From the NCBI GenBank assembly GCA_032718475.1, contig JAUCBJ010000742.1, forward strand, positions 62,001 through 126,000: DNA of 64,000 nt. Reading direction: 5' to 3'. Every line of letters starts with the position of its first letter. Within the stretch, counting starts at the first letter, position 1. The position numbers and the translations under genes were made by a program. Below the pieces are notes generated by a model. It searched no databases. It was not told the DNA's origin and saw only the letters and a program-made list of their open reading frames with translations. The DNA is from Nemertoderma westbladi. Taxonomy: Eukaryota > Animalia > Xenacoelomorpha. Positions 16,553 through 31,934 of the stretch are shown in pieces.

Positions 16553-19500
16553 AGACAGGTGAGATATTGGTAAACTACAACCCAGGACAGGTGAGATATT
16601 GGTAAACTACAACCCAGGACAGGTGAGATATTGCGAAAATACAACCCAGGACAGGTGAGATATTGCGAAAATACAACCTAGGACAGGTGAGATATTGCGA
16701 AAATACAACCAGGACAGGTGAGATATTGCGAAAATACAACCAGGACAGGTGAGATATTGCGAAAATACAACCAGGACAGGTGAGATATTGGGAAACTACA
16801 ACCCAAGACAGGTGAGATATTGGTAAACTACAACCCAGGACAGGTGAGATATTGGTAAACTACAACCCAGGACAGGTGAGATATTGCGAAAATACAACCT
16901 AGGACAGGTGAGATATTGCGAAAATACAACCAGGACAGGTGAGATATTGCGAAAATACAACCAGGACAGGTGAGATATTGCGAAAATACAACCAGGACAG
17001 GTGAGATATTGGGAAACTACAACCCAAGACAGGTGAGATATTGGTAAACTACAACCCAGGACAGGTGAGATATTGGTAAACTACAACCCAGGACAGGTGA
17101 GATATTGGTAAACTACAACCCAGGACAGGTGAGATATTGCGAAAATACAACCTAGGACAGGTGAGATATTGCGAAAATACAACCAGGACAGGTGAGATAT
17201 TGCGAAAATACAACCAGGACAGGTGAGATATTGCGAAAATACAACCCAGGACAGGTGAGATATTGGTAAACTACAACCCAGGACAGGTGAGATATTGCGA
17301 AAATACAACCCAGGACAGGTGAGATATTGCGAAAATACAACCAGGACAGGTGAGATATTGCGAAAATACAACCAGGACAGGTGAGATATTGCGAAAATAC
17401 AACCAGGACAGGTGAGATATTGGGAAACTACAACCCAAGACAGGTGAGATATTGGTAAACTACAACCCAGGACAGGTGAGATATTGGTAAACTACAACCC
17501 AGGACAGGTGAGATATTGGTAAACTACAACCCAGGACAGGTGAGATATTGCGAAAATACAACCTAGGACAGGTGAGATATTGCGAAAATACAACCAGGAC
17601 AGGTGAGATATTGGTAAACTACAACCCAGGACAGGTGAGATATTGGTAAACTACAACCCAGGACAGGTGAGATATTGCGAAAATACAACCAGGACAGGTG
17701 AGATATTGCGAAAATACAACCAGGACAGGTGAGATATTGGGAAACTACAACCCAAGACAGGTGAGATATTGGTAAACTACAACCCAGGACAGGTGAGATA
17801 TTGGTAAACTACAACCCAGGACAGGTGAGATATTGCGAAAATACAACCTAGGACAGGTGAGATATTGCGAAAATACAACCAGGACAGGTGAGATATTGGG
17901 AAACTACAACCCAGGACAGGTGAGATATTGGTAAACTACAACCCAGGGCAGGTGAGATATTGGTAAACTACAAACCAGGACAGGTGAGATATTGGTAAAC
18001 TACAACCCAGGATAGGTGAGATATTGGTAAACTACAACCCAGGACAGGTGAGATATTGGTAAACTACAACCCAGGACAGGTGAGATATTGCGAAAATACA
18101 ACCAGGACAGGTGAGATATTGGGAAACTACAACCCAGGACAGGTGAGATATTGCGAAAATACAACCTAGGACAGGTGAGATATTGCGAAAATACAACCAG
18201 GACAGGTGAGATATTGGTAAACTACAACCCAGGACAGGTGAGATATTGCGAAAATACAACCTAGGACAGGTGAGATATTGCGAAAATACAACCAGGACAG
18301 GTGAGATATTGGGAAACTACAACCCAGGACAGGTGAGATATTGGTAAACTACAACCCAGGGCAGGTGAGATATTGGTAAACTACAAACCAGGACAGGTGA
18401 GATATTGGTAAACTACAACCCAGGATAGGTGAGATATTGGTAAACTACAACCCAGGATAGGTGAGATATTGGTAAACTACAACCCAGGACAGGTGAGATA
18501 TTGGTAAACTACAACCAGGACAGGTGAGATATTGGTAAACTACAACCCAGGACAGGTGAGATATTGCGAAAATACAACCAGGACAGGTGAGATATTGGTA
18601 AACTACAACCCGGGACAGGTGAGATATTGGTAAACTACAACCCAGGACAGGTGAGATATTGGTAAACTACAACCCAGGACAGGTGAGATATTGGTAAACT
18701 ACAACCTAAGGACAGGTGAGATATTGCGAAAATACAACCCGGGACAGGTGAGATATTGCGAAAATACAACCCAGGACAGGTGAGATATTGGGAAACTACA
18801 ACCCAGGACAGGTGAGATATTGGTAAACTACAACCCAGGACAGGTGAGATATTGGTAAACTACAACCCAGGGCAGGTGAGATATTGGTAAACTACAACCC
18901 AGGACAGGTGAGATATTGGTAAACTACAACCCAGGACAGGTGAGATATTGCGAAAATACAACCCAGGACAGGTGAGATATTGGTAAACTACAACCCAGGA
19001 CAGGTGAGATATTGGTAAACTACAACCCAGGACAGGTGAGATATTGGTAAACTACAACCCAGGACAGGTGAGATATTGGTAAACTACAACCCGGGACAGG
19101 TGAGATATTGGTAAACTACAACCCAGGACAGGTGAGATATTGGTAAACTACAACCCAGGACAGGTGAGATATTGGTAAACTACAACCCAGGATAGGTGAG
19201 ATATTGGTAAACTACAACCCAGGACAGGTGAGATATTGGTAAACTACAACCAGGACAGGTGAGATATTGGTAAACTACAACCCAGGACAGGTGAGATATT
19301 GCGAAAATACAACCAGGACAGGTGAGATATTGGTAAACTACAACCCGGGACAGGTGAGATATTGGTAAACTACAACCCAGGACAGGTGAGATATTGGTAA
19401 ACTACAACCCAGGACAGGTGAGATATTGGTAAACTACAACCTAAGGACAGGTGAGATATTGCGAAAATACAACCCGGGACAGGTGAGATATTGCGAAAAT

Positions 19501-21671
19501 ACAACCCAGGACAGGTGAGATATTGGGAAACTACAACCCAGGACAGGTGAGATATTGGTAAACTACAACCCAGGACAGGTGAGATATTGGTAAACTACAA
19601 CCCAGGGCAGGTGAGATATTGGTAAACTACAACCCAGGACAGGTGAGATATTGGTAAACTACAACCCAGGACAGGTGAGATATTGCGAAAATACAACCCA
19701 GGACAGGTGAGATATTGGTAAACTACAACCCAGGACAGGTGAGATATTGGTAAACTACAACCCAGGACAGGTGAGATATTGGTAAACTACAACCCAGGAC
19801 AGGTGAGATATTGGTAAACTACAACCCGGGACAGGTGAGATATTGGTAAACTACAACCCAGGACAGGTGAGATATTGGTAAACTACAACCCAGGACAGGT
19901 GAGATATTGGGAAAATACAACCAGGACAGGTGAGATATTGCGAAAATACAACCAGGACAGGTGAGATATTGGTAAACTACAACCCAGGACAGGTGAGATA
20001 TTGGTAAACTACAACCCAGGGCAGGTGAGATATTGGTAAACTACAACCCAGGACAGGTGAGATATTGGGAAACTACAACCAGGACAGGTGAGATATTGCG
20101 AAAATACAACCCAGGACAGGTGAGATATTGGGAAACTACAACCCAGGGCAGGTGAGATATTGGTAAACTACAACCCAGGGCAGGTGAGATATTGCGAAAA
20201 TACAACCAGGACAGGTGAGATATTGCGAAAATACAACCAGGACAGGTGAGATATTGGTAAACTACAACCAGGACAGGTGAGATATTGCGAAAATACAACC
20301 AGGACAGGTGAGATATTGGTAAACTACAACCAGGACAGGTGAGATATTGCGAAAATACAACCAGGACAGGTGAGATATTGGTAAACTACAACCCAGGGCA
20401 GGTGAGATATTGGTAAACTACAACCAGGACAGGTGAGATATTGCGAAAATACAACCAGGACAGGTGAGATATTGGTAAACTACAACCCAGGACAGGTGAG
20501 ATATTGCGTAAACTACAACCCAGGACAGGTGAGATATTGGTAAACTACAACCAGGACAGGTGAGATATTGCGAAAATACAACCAGGACAGGTGAGATATT
20601 GCGAAAATACAACCAGGACAGGTGAGATATTGCGAAAATACAACCCAGGACAGGTGAGATATTGGTAAACTACAACCCAGGGCAGGTGAGATATTGGTAA
20701 ACTACAACCCAGGGCAGGTGAGATATTGCGAAAATACAACCAGGACAGGTGAGATATTGGGAAACTACAACCCAGGACAGGTGAGATATTGGTAAACTAC
20801 AACCCAGGACAGGTGAGATATTGCGAAAATACAACCAGGACAGGTGAGATATTGGGAAACTACAACCCAGGACAGGTGAGATATTGGTAAACTACAACCA
20901 GGACAGGTGAGATATTGGTAAACTACAACCCAGGACAGGTGAGATATTGGTAAACTACAACCCAGGACAGGTGAGATATTGGGAAAATACAACCCAGGAC
21001 AGGTGAGATATTGGTAAACTACAACCCAGGGCAGGTGAGATATTGGTAAACTACAACCCAGGACAGGTGAGATATTGCGATAAACTACAACCCAGGACAG
21101 GTGAGATATTGGTAAACTACAACCCAGGGCAGGTGAGATATTGGTAAACTACAACCCAGGGCAGGTGAGATATTGCGTAAACTACAACCCAGGACAGGTG
21201 AGATATTGGTAAACTACAACCCAGGGCAGGTGAGATATTGGTAAACTACAACCCAGGACAGGTGAGATATTGGTAAACTACAACCCAGGACAGGTGAGAT
21301 ATTGGTAAACTACAACCCAGGACAGGTGAGATATTGCGAAAATACAACCCAGGACAGGTGAGATATTGGTAAACTACAACCCAGGACAGGTGAGATATTG
21401 GTAAAATACAACCCAGGACAGGTGAGATATTGGTAAACTACAACCCAGGACAGGTGAGATATTGGGAAAATACAACCCAGGACAGGTGAGATATTGGTAA
21501 ACTACAACCCAGGACAGGTGAGATATTGGTAAACTACAACCCAGGACAGGTGAGATATTGGTAAACTACAACCCAGGACAGGTGAGATATTGCGTAAACT
21601 ACAACCCAGGACAGGTGAGATATTGGGAAACTACAACCCAGGACAGGTGAGATATTGCGTAAACTACAACC

Positions 21672-24600
21672 CAGGACAGGTGAGATATTGGTAAACTACA
21701 ACCCAGGACAGGTGAGATATTGGTAAACTACAACCCAGGACAGGTGAGATATTGCGAAAATACAACCCAGGACAGGTGAGATATTGCGAAAATACAACCA
21801 GGACAGGTGAGATATTGGTAAACTACAACCCAGGACAGGTGAGATATTGGTAAACTACAACCCAGGACAGGTGAGATATTGGTAAACTACAACCCAGGGC
21901 AGGTGAGATATTGGTAAACTACAACCCAGGACAGGTGAGATATTGCGAAAATACAACCAGGACAGGTGAGATATTGCGAAAATACAACCAGGACAGGTGA
22001 GATATTGGTAAACTACAACCCAGGGCAGGTGAGATATTGCGAAAATACAACCCAGGACAGGTGAGATATTGCGAAAATACAACCAGGGCAGGTGAGATAT
22101 TGCGAAAATACAACCAGGACAGGTGAGATATTGCGAAAATACAACCAGGACAGGTGAGATATTGGTAAACTACAACCCAGGGCAGGTGAGATATTGCGAA
22201 AATACAACCCAGGACAGGTGAGATATTGCGAAAATACAACCAGGGCAGGTGAGATATTGGTAAACTACAACCAGGACAGGTGAGATATTGCGAAAATACA
22301 ACCAGGACAGGTGAGATATTGGTAAACTACAACCCAGGGCAGGTGAGATATTGCGAAAATACAACCAGGACAGGTGAGATATTGCGAAAATACAACCCAG
22401 GACAGGTGAGATATTGGTAAACTACAACCCAGGACAGGTGAGATATTGCGAAAATACAACCTAGGACAGGTGAGATATTGCGAAAATACAACCAGGACAG
22501 GTGAGATATTGCGAAAATACAACCAGGACAGGTGAGATATTGGTAAACTACAACCCAGGGCAGGTGAGATATTGGTAAACTACAACCCAGGGCAGGTGAG
22601 ATATTGGTAAACTACAACCCAGGACAGGTGAGATATTGCGAAAATACAACCTAGGACAGGTGAGATATTGCGAAAATACAACCAGGACAGGTGAGATATT
22701 GGTAAACTACAACCCAGGGCAGGTGAGATATTGGTAAACTACAACCCAGGGCAGGTGAGATATTGGTAAACTACAACCCAGGACAGGTGAGATATTGCGA
22801 AAATACAACCTAGGACAGGTGAGATATTGCGAAAATACAACCAGGACAGGTGAGATATTGGTAAACTACAACCCAGGACAGGTGAGATATTGGTAAACTA
22901 CAACCCAGGGCAGGTGAGATATTGGTAAACTACAACCCAGGGCAGGTGAGATATTGGTAAACTACAACCCAGGACAGGTGAGATATTGCGAAAATACAAC
23001 CCAGGACAGGTGAGATATTGGTAAACTACAACCCAGGACAGGTGAGATATTGGTAAACTACAACCCAGGACAGGTGAGATATTGGTAAACTACAACCCAG
23101 GGCAGGTGAGATATTGGTAAACTACAACCCAGGACAGGTGAGATATTGGTAAACTACAACCCAGGGCAGGTGAGATATTGGTAAACTACAACCCAGGGCA
23201 GGTGAGATATTGGTAAACTACAACCCAGGACAGGTGAGATATTGGTAAACTACAACCCAGGGCAGGTGAGATATTGGTAAACTACAACCCAGGACAGGTG
23301 AGATATTGGTAAACTACAACCCAGGGCAGGTGAGATATTGGTAAACTACAACCCAGGACAGGTGAGATATTGGTAAACTACAACCCAGGGCAGGTGAGAT
23401 ATTGGTAAACTACAACCCAGGGCAGGTGAGATATTGGTAAACTACAACCCAGGACAGGTGAGATATTGGTAAACTACAACCCAGGGCAGGTGAGATATTG
23501 GTAAACTACAACCCAGGACAGGTGAGATATTGGTAAACTACAACCCAGGACAGGTGAGATATTGCGAAAATACAACCCAGGACAGGTGAGATATTGGTAA
23601 ACTACAACCCAGGACAGGTGAGATATTGGTAAACTACAACCCAGGACAGGTGAGATATTGGTAAACTACAACCCAGGGCAGGTGAGATATTGGTAAACTA
23701 CAACCCAGGACAGGTGAGATATTGGTAAACTACAACCCAGGGCAGGTGAGATATTGGTAAACTACAACCCAGGACAGGTGAGATATTGGTAAACTACAAC
23801 CCAGGACAGGTGAGATATTGGTAAACTACAACCCAGGACAGGTGAGATATTGGTAAACTACAACCCAGGACAGGTGAGATATTGGTAAACTACAACCCAG
23901 GGCAGGTGAGATATTGGTAAACTACAACCTAGGACAGGTGAGATATTGCGAAAATACAACCAGGACAGGTGAGATATTGGTAAACTACAACCCAGGATAG
24001 GTGAGATATTGGTAAACTACAACCCAGGACAGGTGAGATATTGCGAAAATACAACCAGGACAGGTGAGATATTGGTAAACTACAACCCGGGGCAGGTGAG
24101 ATATTGGTAAACTACAACCCAGGACAGGTGAGATATTGGTAAACTACAACCCAGGTCAGGTGAGATATTGGTAAACTACAACCCAGGACAGGTGAGATAT
24201 TGGTAAACTACAACCCAGGTCAGGTGAGATATTGGTAAACTACAACCCAGGATAGGTGAGATATTGGTAAACTACAACCCAGGACAGGTGAGATATTGCG
24301 AAAATACAACCAGGACAGGTGAGATATTGGTAAACTACAACCCAGGACAGGTGAGATATTGGGAAATTACAACCTAAGGACAGGTGAGATATTGGTAAAC
24401 TACAACCCAGGACAGGTAAGATATTGGTAAACTACAACCCAGGATAGGTGAGATATTGGTAAACTACAACCCAGGACAGGTGAGATATTGCGAAAATACA
24501 ACCAGGACAGGTGAGATATTGGTAAACTACAACCCAGGATAGGTGAGATATTGGTAAACTACAACCCAGGACAGGTGAGATATTGCGAAAATACAACCAG

Positions 24601-27600
24601 GACAGGTGAGATATTGGTAAACTACAACCCAGGACAGGTGAGATATTGGTAAAATACAACCAGGACAGGTGAGATATTGGTAAACTACAACCCAGGACAG
24701 GTGAGATATTGGTAAACTACAACCCAGGACAGGTGAGATATTGGTAAACTACAACCCAGGACAGGTGAGATATTGGTAAACTACAACCCAGGACAGGTGA
24801 GATATTGGGAAATTACAACCTAAGGACAGGTGAGATATTGGTAAACTACAACCCAGGACAGGTAAGATATTGGTAAACTACAACCCAGGACAGGTGAGAT
24901 ATTGGTAAACTACAACCCAGGACAGGTGAGATATTGGTAAACTACAACCCAGGACAGGTGAGATATTGGTAAACTACAACCCAGGACAGGTGAGATATTG
25001 GTAAACTACAACCCAGGACAGGTGAGATATTGGTAAACTACAACCCAGGACAGGTGAGATATTGGTAAACTACAACCCAGGATAGGTGAGATATTGCGAA
25101 AATACAACCCAGGACAGGTGAGATATTGGTAAACTACAACCCAGGGCAGGTGAGATATTGGTAAACTACAACCCAGGACAGGTGAGATATTGGTAAACTA
25201 CAACCCAGGATAGGTGAGATATTGCGAAAATACAACCCAGGACAGGTGAGATATTGGTAAACTACAACCCAGGACAGGTGAGATATTGGTAAACTACAAC
25301 CCAGGATAGGTGAGATATTGCGAAAATACAACCCAAGACAGATGAGATATTGCGAAAATACAACCCAGGACAGGTGAGATATTGGTAAACTACAACCCAG
25401 GACAGGTGAGATATTGGTAAACTACAACCCAGGATAGGTGAGATATTGCGAAAATACAACCCAGGACAGGTGAGATATTGGTAAACTACAACCCAGGGCA
25501 GGTGAGATATTGGTAAACTACAACCCAGGGCAGGTGAGATATTGGTAAACTACAACCCAGGACAGGTGAGATATTGGGAAACTACAACCCAGGACAGGTG
25601 AGATATTGGTAAACTACAACCCAGGGCAGGTGAGATATTGGGAAACTACAACCCAGGACAGGTGAGATATTGGTAAACTACAACCCAGGGCAGGTGAGAT
25701 ATTGGTAAACTACAACCCAGGGCAGGTGAGATATTGGGAAACTACAACCCAGGACAGGTGAGATATTGGTAAACTACAACCCAGGGCAGGTGAGATATTG
25801 GGAAACTACAACCCAGGACAGGTGAGATATTGGTAAACTACAACCCAGGGCAGGTGAGATATTGCGAAAATACAACCAGGACAGGTGAGATATTGGTAAA
25901 CTACAACCCAGGACAGGTGAGATATTGGTAAACTACAACCCAGGACAGGTGAGATATTGGTAAACTACAACCCAGGACAGGTGAGATATTGGTAAACTAC
26001 AACCCAGGACAGGTGAGATATTGGTAAACTACAACCCAGGACAGGTGAGATATTGCGAAAATACAACCAGGACAGGTGAGATATTGGTAAACTACAACCC
26101 AGGACAGGTGAGATATTGGTAAACTACAACCCAGGACAGGTGAGATATTGGTAAACTACAACCCAGGACAGGTGAGATATTGCGAAAATACAACCAGGAC
26201 AGGTGAGATATTGGTAAACTACAACCCAGGACAGGTGAGATATTGGTAAACTACAACCCAGGACAGGTGAGATATTGGTAAACTACAACCCAGGGCAGGT
26301 GAGATATTGGGAAACTACAACCCAGGACAGGTGAGATATTGGTAAACTACAACCCAGGACAGGTGAGATATTGCGAAAATACAACCAGGACAGGTGAGAT
26401 ATTGGTAAACTACAACCCAGGACAGGTGAGATATTGGTAAACTACAACCCAGGACAGGTGAGATATTGGTAAACTACAACCCAGGACAGGTGAGATATTG
26501 CGAAAATACAACCAGGACAGGTGAGATATTGGTAAACTACAACCCAGGGCAGGTGAGATATTGGTAAACTACAACCCAGGACAGGTGAGATATTGGTAAA
26601 CTACAACCCAGGACAGGTGAGATATTGGTAAACTACAACCCAGGACAGGTGAGATATTGCGAAAATACAACCAGGACAGGTGAGATATTGGGAAACTACA
26701 ACCCAGGACAGGTGAGATATTGGTAAACTACAACCCAGGGCAGGTGAGATATTGCGAAAATACAACCAGGACAGGTGAGATATTGGGAAACTACAACCCA
26801 GGACAGGTGAGATATTGGTAAACTACAACCCAGGGCAGGTGAGATATTGCGAAAATACAACCAGGACAGGTGAGATATTGGTAAACTACAACCCAGGACA
26901 GGTGAGATATTGGTAAACTACAACCCAGGACAGGTGAGATATTGGTAAACTACAACCCAGGACAGGTGAGATATTGGTAAACTACAACCCAGGACAGGTG
27001 AGATATTGGTAAACTACAACCCAGGACAGGTGAGATATTGCGAAAATACAACCAGGACAGGTGAGATATTGGTAAACTACAACCCAGGACAGGTGAGATA
27101 TTGGTAAACTACAACCCAGGACAGGTGAGATATTGGTAAACTACAACCCAGGACAGGTGAGATATTGCGAAAATACAACCAGGACAGGTGAGATATTGGT
27201 AAACTACAACCCAGGACAGGTGAGATATTGGTAAACTACAACCCAGGACAGGTGAGATATTGGTAAACTACAACCCAGGGCAGGTGAGATATTGGGAAAC
27301 TACAACCCAGGACAGGTGAGATATTGGTAAACTACAACCCAGGACAGGTGAGATATTGCGAAAATACAACCAGGACAGGTGAGATATTGGTAAACTACAA
27401 CCCAGGACAGGTGAGATATTGGTAAACTACAACCCAGGACAGGTGAGATATTGGTAAACTACAACCCAGGACAGGTGAGATATTGCGAAAATACAACCAG
27501 GACAGGTGAGATATTGGTAAACTACAACCCAGGGCAGGTGAGATATTGGTAAACTACAACCCAGGACAGGTGAGATATTGGTAAACTACAACCCAGGACA

Positions 27601-30600
27601 GGTGAGATATTGGTAAACTACAACCCAGGACAGGTGAGATATTGCGAAAATACAACCAGGACAGGTGAGATATTGGGAAAATACAACCCAGGACAGGTGA
27701 GATATTGGTAAACTACAACCCAGGACAGGTGAGATATTGCGAAAATACAACCAGGACAGGTGAGATATTGGTAAACTACAACCCAGGACAGGTGAGATAT
27801 TGGTAAACTACAACCCAGGGCAGGTGAGATATTGGGAAAATACAACCAGGACAGGTGAGATATTGGTAAACTACAACCCAGGACAGGTGAGATATTGGGA
27901 AACTACAACCCAGGGCAGGTGAGATATTGGTAAACTACAACCCAGGACAGGTGAGATATTGCGAAAATACAACCAGGACAGGTGAGATATTGGTAAACTA
28001 CAACCCAGGACAGGTGAGATATTGGTAAACTACAACCCAGGACAGGTGAGATATTGGGAAACTACAACCCAGGGCAGGTGAGATATTGGTAAACTACAAC
28101 CCAGGACAGGTGAGATATTGGTAAACTACAACCCAGGACAGGTGAGATATTGGTAAACTACAACCCAGGACAGGTGAGATATTGGTAAACTACAACCCAG
28201 GACAGGTGAGATATTGCGAAAATACAACCAGGACAGGTGAGATATTGGTAAACTACAACCCAGGGCAGGTGAGATATTGGTAAACTACAACCCAGGACAG
28301 GTGAGATATTGGTAAACTACAACCCAGGACAGGTGAGATATTGCGAAAATACAACCAGGACAGGTGAGATATTGGTAAACTACAACCCAGGACAGGTGAG
28401 ATATTGGTAAACTACAACCCAGGACAGGTGAGATATTGGTAAACTACAACCCAGGACAGGTGAGATATTGGGAAACTACAACCCAGGGCAGGTGAGATAT
28501 TGGTAAACTACAACCCAGGACAGGTGAGATATTGGTAAACTACAACCCAGGACAGGTGAGATATTGCGAAAATACAACCAGGACAGGTGAGATATTGCGA
28601 AAATACAACCAGGACAGGTGAGATATTGCGAAAATACAACCAGGACAGGTGAGATATTGGTAAACTACAACCCAGGGCAGGTGAGATATTGGGAAACTAC
28701 AACCCAGGACAGGTGAGATATTGGTAAACTACAACCAGGACAGGTGAGATATTGGTAAACTACAACCCAGGAGAGGTGAGATATTGGTAAACTACAACCC
28801 AGGACAGGTGAGATATTGGTAAACTACAACCCAGGGCAGGTGAGATATTGCGAAAATACAACCCAGGACAGGTGAGATATTGGTAAACTACAACCCAGGA
28901 CAGGTGAGATATTGGTAAACTACAAACCAGGACAGGTGAGATATTGCGAAAATACAACCAGGACAGGTGAGATATTGCGAAAATACAACCAGGACAGGTG
29001 AGATATTGGTAAACTACAACCCAGGACAGGTGAGATATTGGTAAACTACAACCCAGGACAGGTGAGATATTGGTAAACTACAACCCAGGACAGGTGAGAT
29101 ATTGCGAAAATACAACCAGGACAGGTGAGATATTGGTAAACTACAACCCAGGGCAGGTGAGATATTGGTAAACTACAACCCAGGAGAGGTGAGATATTGG
29201 TAAACTACAAACCAGGACAGGTGAGATATTGGTAAACTACAACCCAGGACAGGTGAGATATTGCGAAAATACAACCAGGACAGGTGAGATATTGCGAAAA
29301 TACAACCAGGACAGGTGAGATATTGCGAAAATACAACCAGGACAGGTGAGATATTGGTAAACTACAACCCAGGGCAGGTGAGATATTGGTAAACTACAAC
29401 CCAGGGCAGGTGAGATATTGGTAAACTACAACCCAGGACAGGTGAGATATTGCGAAAATACAACCAGGACAGGTGAGATATTGGTAAACTACAACCCAGG
29501 GCAGGTGAGATATTGGGAAACTACAACCCAGGACAGGTGAGATATTGGTAAACTACAACCCAGGGCAGGTGAGATATTGGTAAACTACAACCCAGGAGAG
29601 GTGAGATATTGGTAAACTACAAACCAGGACAGGTGAGATATTGCGAAAATACAACCAGGACAGGTGAGATATTGCGAAAATACAACCAGGACAGGTGAGA
29701 TATTGGGAAAATACAACCAGGACAGGTGAGATATTGCGAAAATACAACCAGGGCAGGTGAGATATTGGGAAACTACAACCCAGGGCAGGTGAGATATTGG
29801 GAAACTACAACCTAGGGCAGGTGAGATATTGGTAAACTACAACCCAGGGCAGGTGAGATATTGGTAAACTACAACCCAGGACAGGTGAGATATTGGTAAA
29901 CTACAACCCAGGACAGGTGAGATATTGGGAAACTACAACCCAGGACAGGTGAGATATTGGGAAACTACAACCTAGGGCAGGTGAGATATTGGTAAACTAC
30001 AACCCAGGGCAGGTGAGATATTGGTAAACTACAACCCAGGGCAGGTGAGATATTGGGAAACTACAACCCAGGACAGGTGAGATATTGGTAAACTACAACC
30101 CAGGACAGGTGAGATATTGGGAAACTACAACCCAGGGCAGGTGAGATATTGGGAAACTACAACCCAGGGCAGGTGAGATATTGGTAAACTACAACCCAGG
30201 ACAGGTGAGATATTGGGAAACTACAACCCAGGACAGGTGAGATATTGCGAAAATACAACCAGGGCAGGTGAGATATTGGGAAACTACAACCCAGGGCAGG
30301 TGAGATATTGGGAAACTACAACCTAGGACAGGTGAGATATTGGTAAACTACAACCCAGGACAGGTGAGATATTGGGAAACTACAACCCAGGGCAGGTGAG
30401 ATATTGGGAAACTACAACCCAGGACAGGTGAGATATTGGGAAACTACAACCAGGACAGGTGAGATATTGGTAAACTACAACCCAGGACAGGTGAGATATT
30501 GCGAAAATACAACCAGGGCAGGTGAGATATTGGGAAACTACAACCCAGGGCAGGTGAGATATTGGGAAACTACAACCTAGGGCAGGTGAGATATTGGTAA

Positions 30601-31934
30601 ACTACAACCCAGGGCAGGTGAGATATTGGTAAACTACAACCCAGGGCAGGTGAGATATTGCGAAAATACAACCAGGGCAGGTGAGATATTGGGAAACTAC
30701 AACCAGGACAGGTGAGATATTGCGAAAATACAACCAGGGCAGGTGAGATATTGGTAAACTACAACCCAGGACAGGTGAGATATTGCGAAAATACAACCAG
30801 GGCAGGTGAGATATTGGTAAACTACAACCCAGGGCAGGTGAGATATTGGGAAACTACAACCAGGACAGGTGAGATATTGGTAAACTACAACCCAGGACAG
30901 GTGAGATATTGCGAAAATACAACCAGGGCAGGTGAGATATTGGTAAACTACAACCCAGGGCAGGTGAGATATTGCGAAAATACAACCAGGGCAGGTGAGA
31001 TATTGGTAAACTACAACCCAGGACAGGTGAGATATTGGTAAACTACAACCCAGGACAGGTGAGATATTGGTAAACTACAACCCAAGACAGGTGAGATATT
31101 GCGAAAATACAACCAGGACAGGTGAGATATTGCGAAAATACAACCAGGACAGGTGAGATATTGCGAAAATACAACCAGGACAGGTGAGATATTGCGAAAA
31201 TACAACCAGGACAGGTGAGATATTGGGAAACTACAACCCAAGACAGGTGAGATATTGGTAAACTACAACCCAGGACAGGTGAGATATTGGTAAACTACAA
31301 CCCAAGACAGGTGAGATATTGGTAAACTACAACCCAAGACAGGTGAGATATTGGTAAACTACAACCCAGGACAGGTGAGATATTGGTAAACTACAACCCA
31401 GGACAGGTGAGATATTGCGAAAATACAACCAGGACAGGTGAGATATTGCGAAAATACAACCAGGACAGGTGAGATATTGCGAAAATACAACCAGGACAGG
31501 TGAGATATTGCGAAAATACAACCAGGACAGGTGAGATATTGGGAAACTACAACCCAAGACAGGTGAGATATTGGTAAACTACAACCCAGGACAGGTGAGA
31601 TATTGGTAAACTACAACCCAAGACAGGTGAGATATTGGTAAACTACAACCCAAGACAGGTGAGATATTGGTAAACTACAACCCAGGACAGGTGAGATATT
31701 GGTAAACTACAACCCAGGACAGGTGAGATATTGCGAAAATACAACCAGGACAGGTGAGATATTGCGAAAATACAACCAGGACAGGTGAGATATTGCGAAA
31801 ATACAACCAGGACAGGTGAGATATTGCGAAAATACAACCAGGACAGGTGAGATATTGCGAAAATACAACCAGGACAGGTGAGATATTGGGAAAATACAAC
31901 CAGGACAGGTGAGATATTGGTAAACTACAACCCA
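21672..31934. repeat. Higher-order duplication copy B of 6290-16552
   Basis: Same order of monomer variants and rare markers (GGTAAGAT, CCTAAGG, GGAGAGG, CAGATGAG) as copy A. First difference seen at 16553/31935. Confidence 0.93.
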
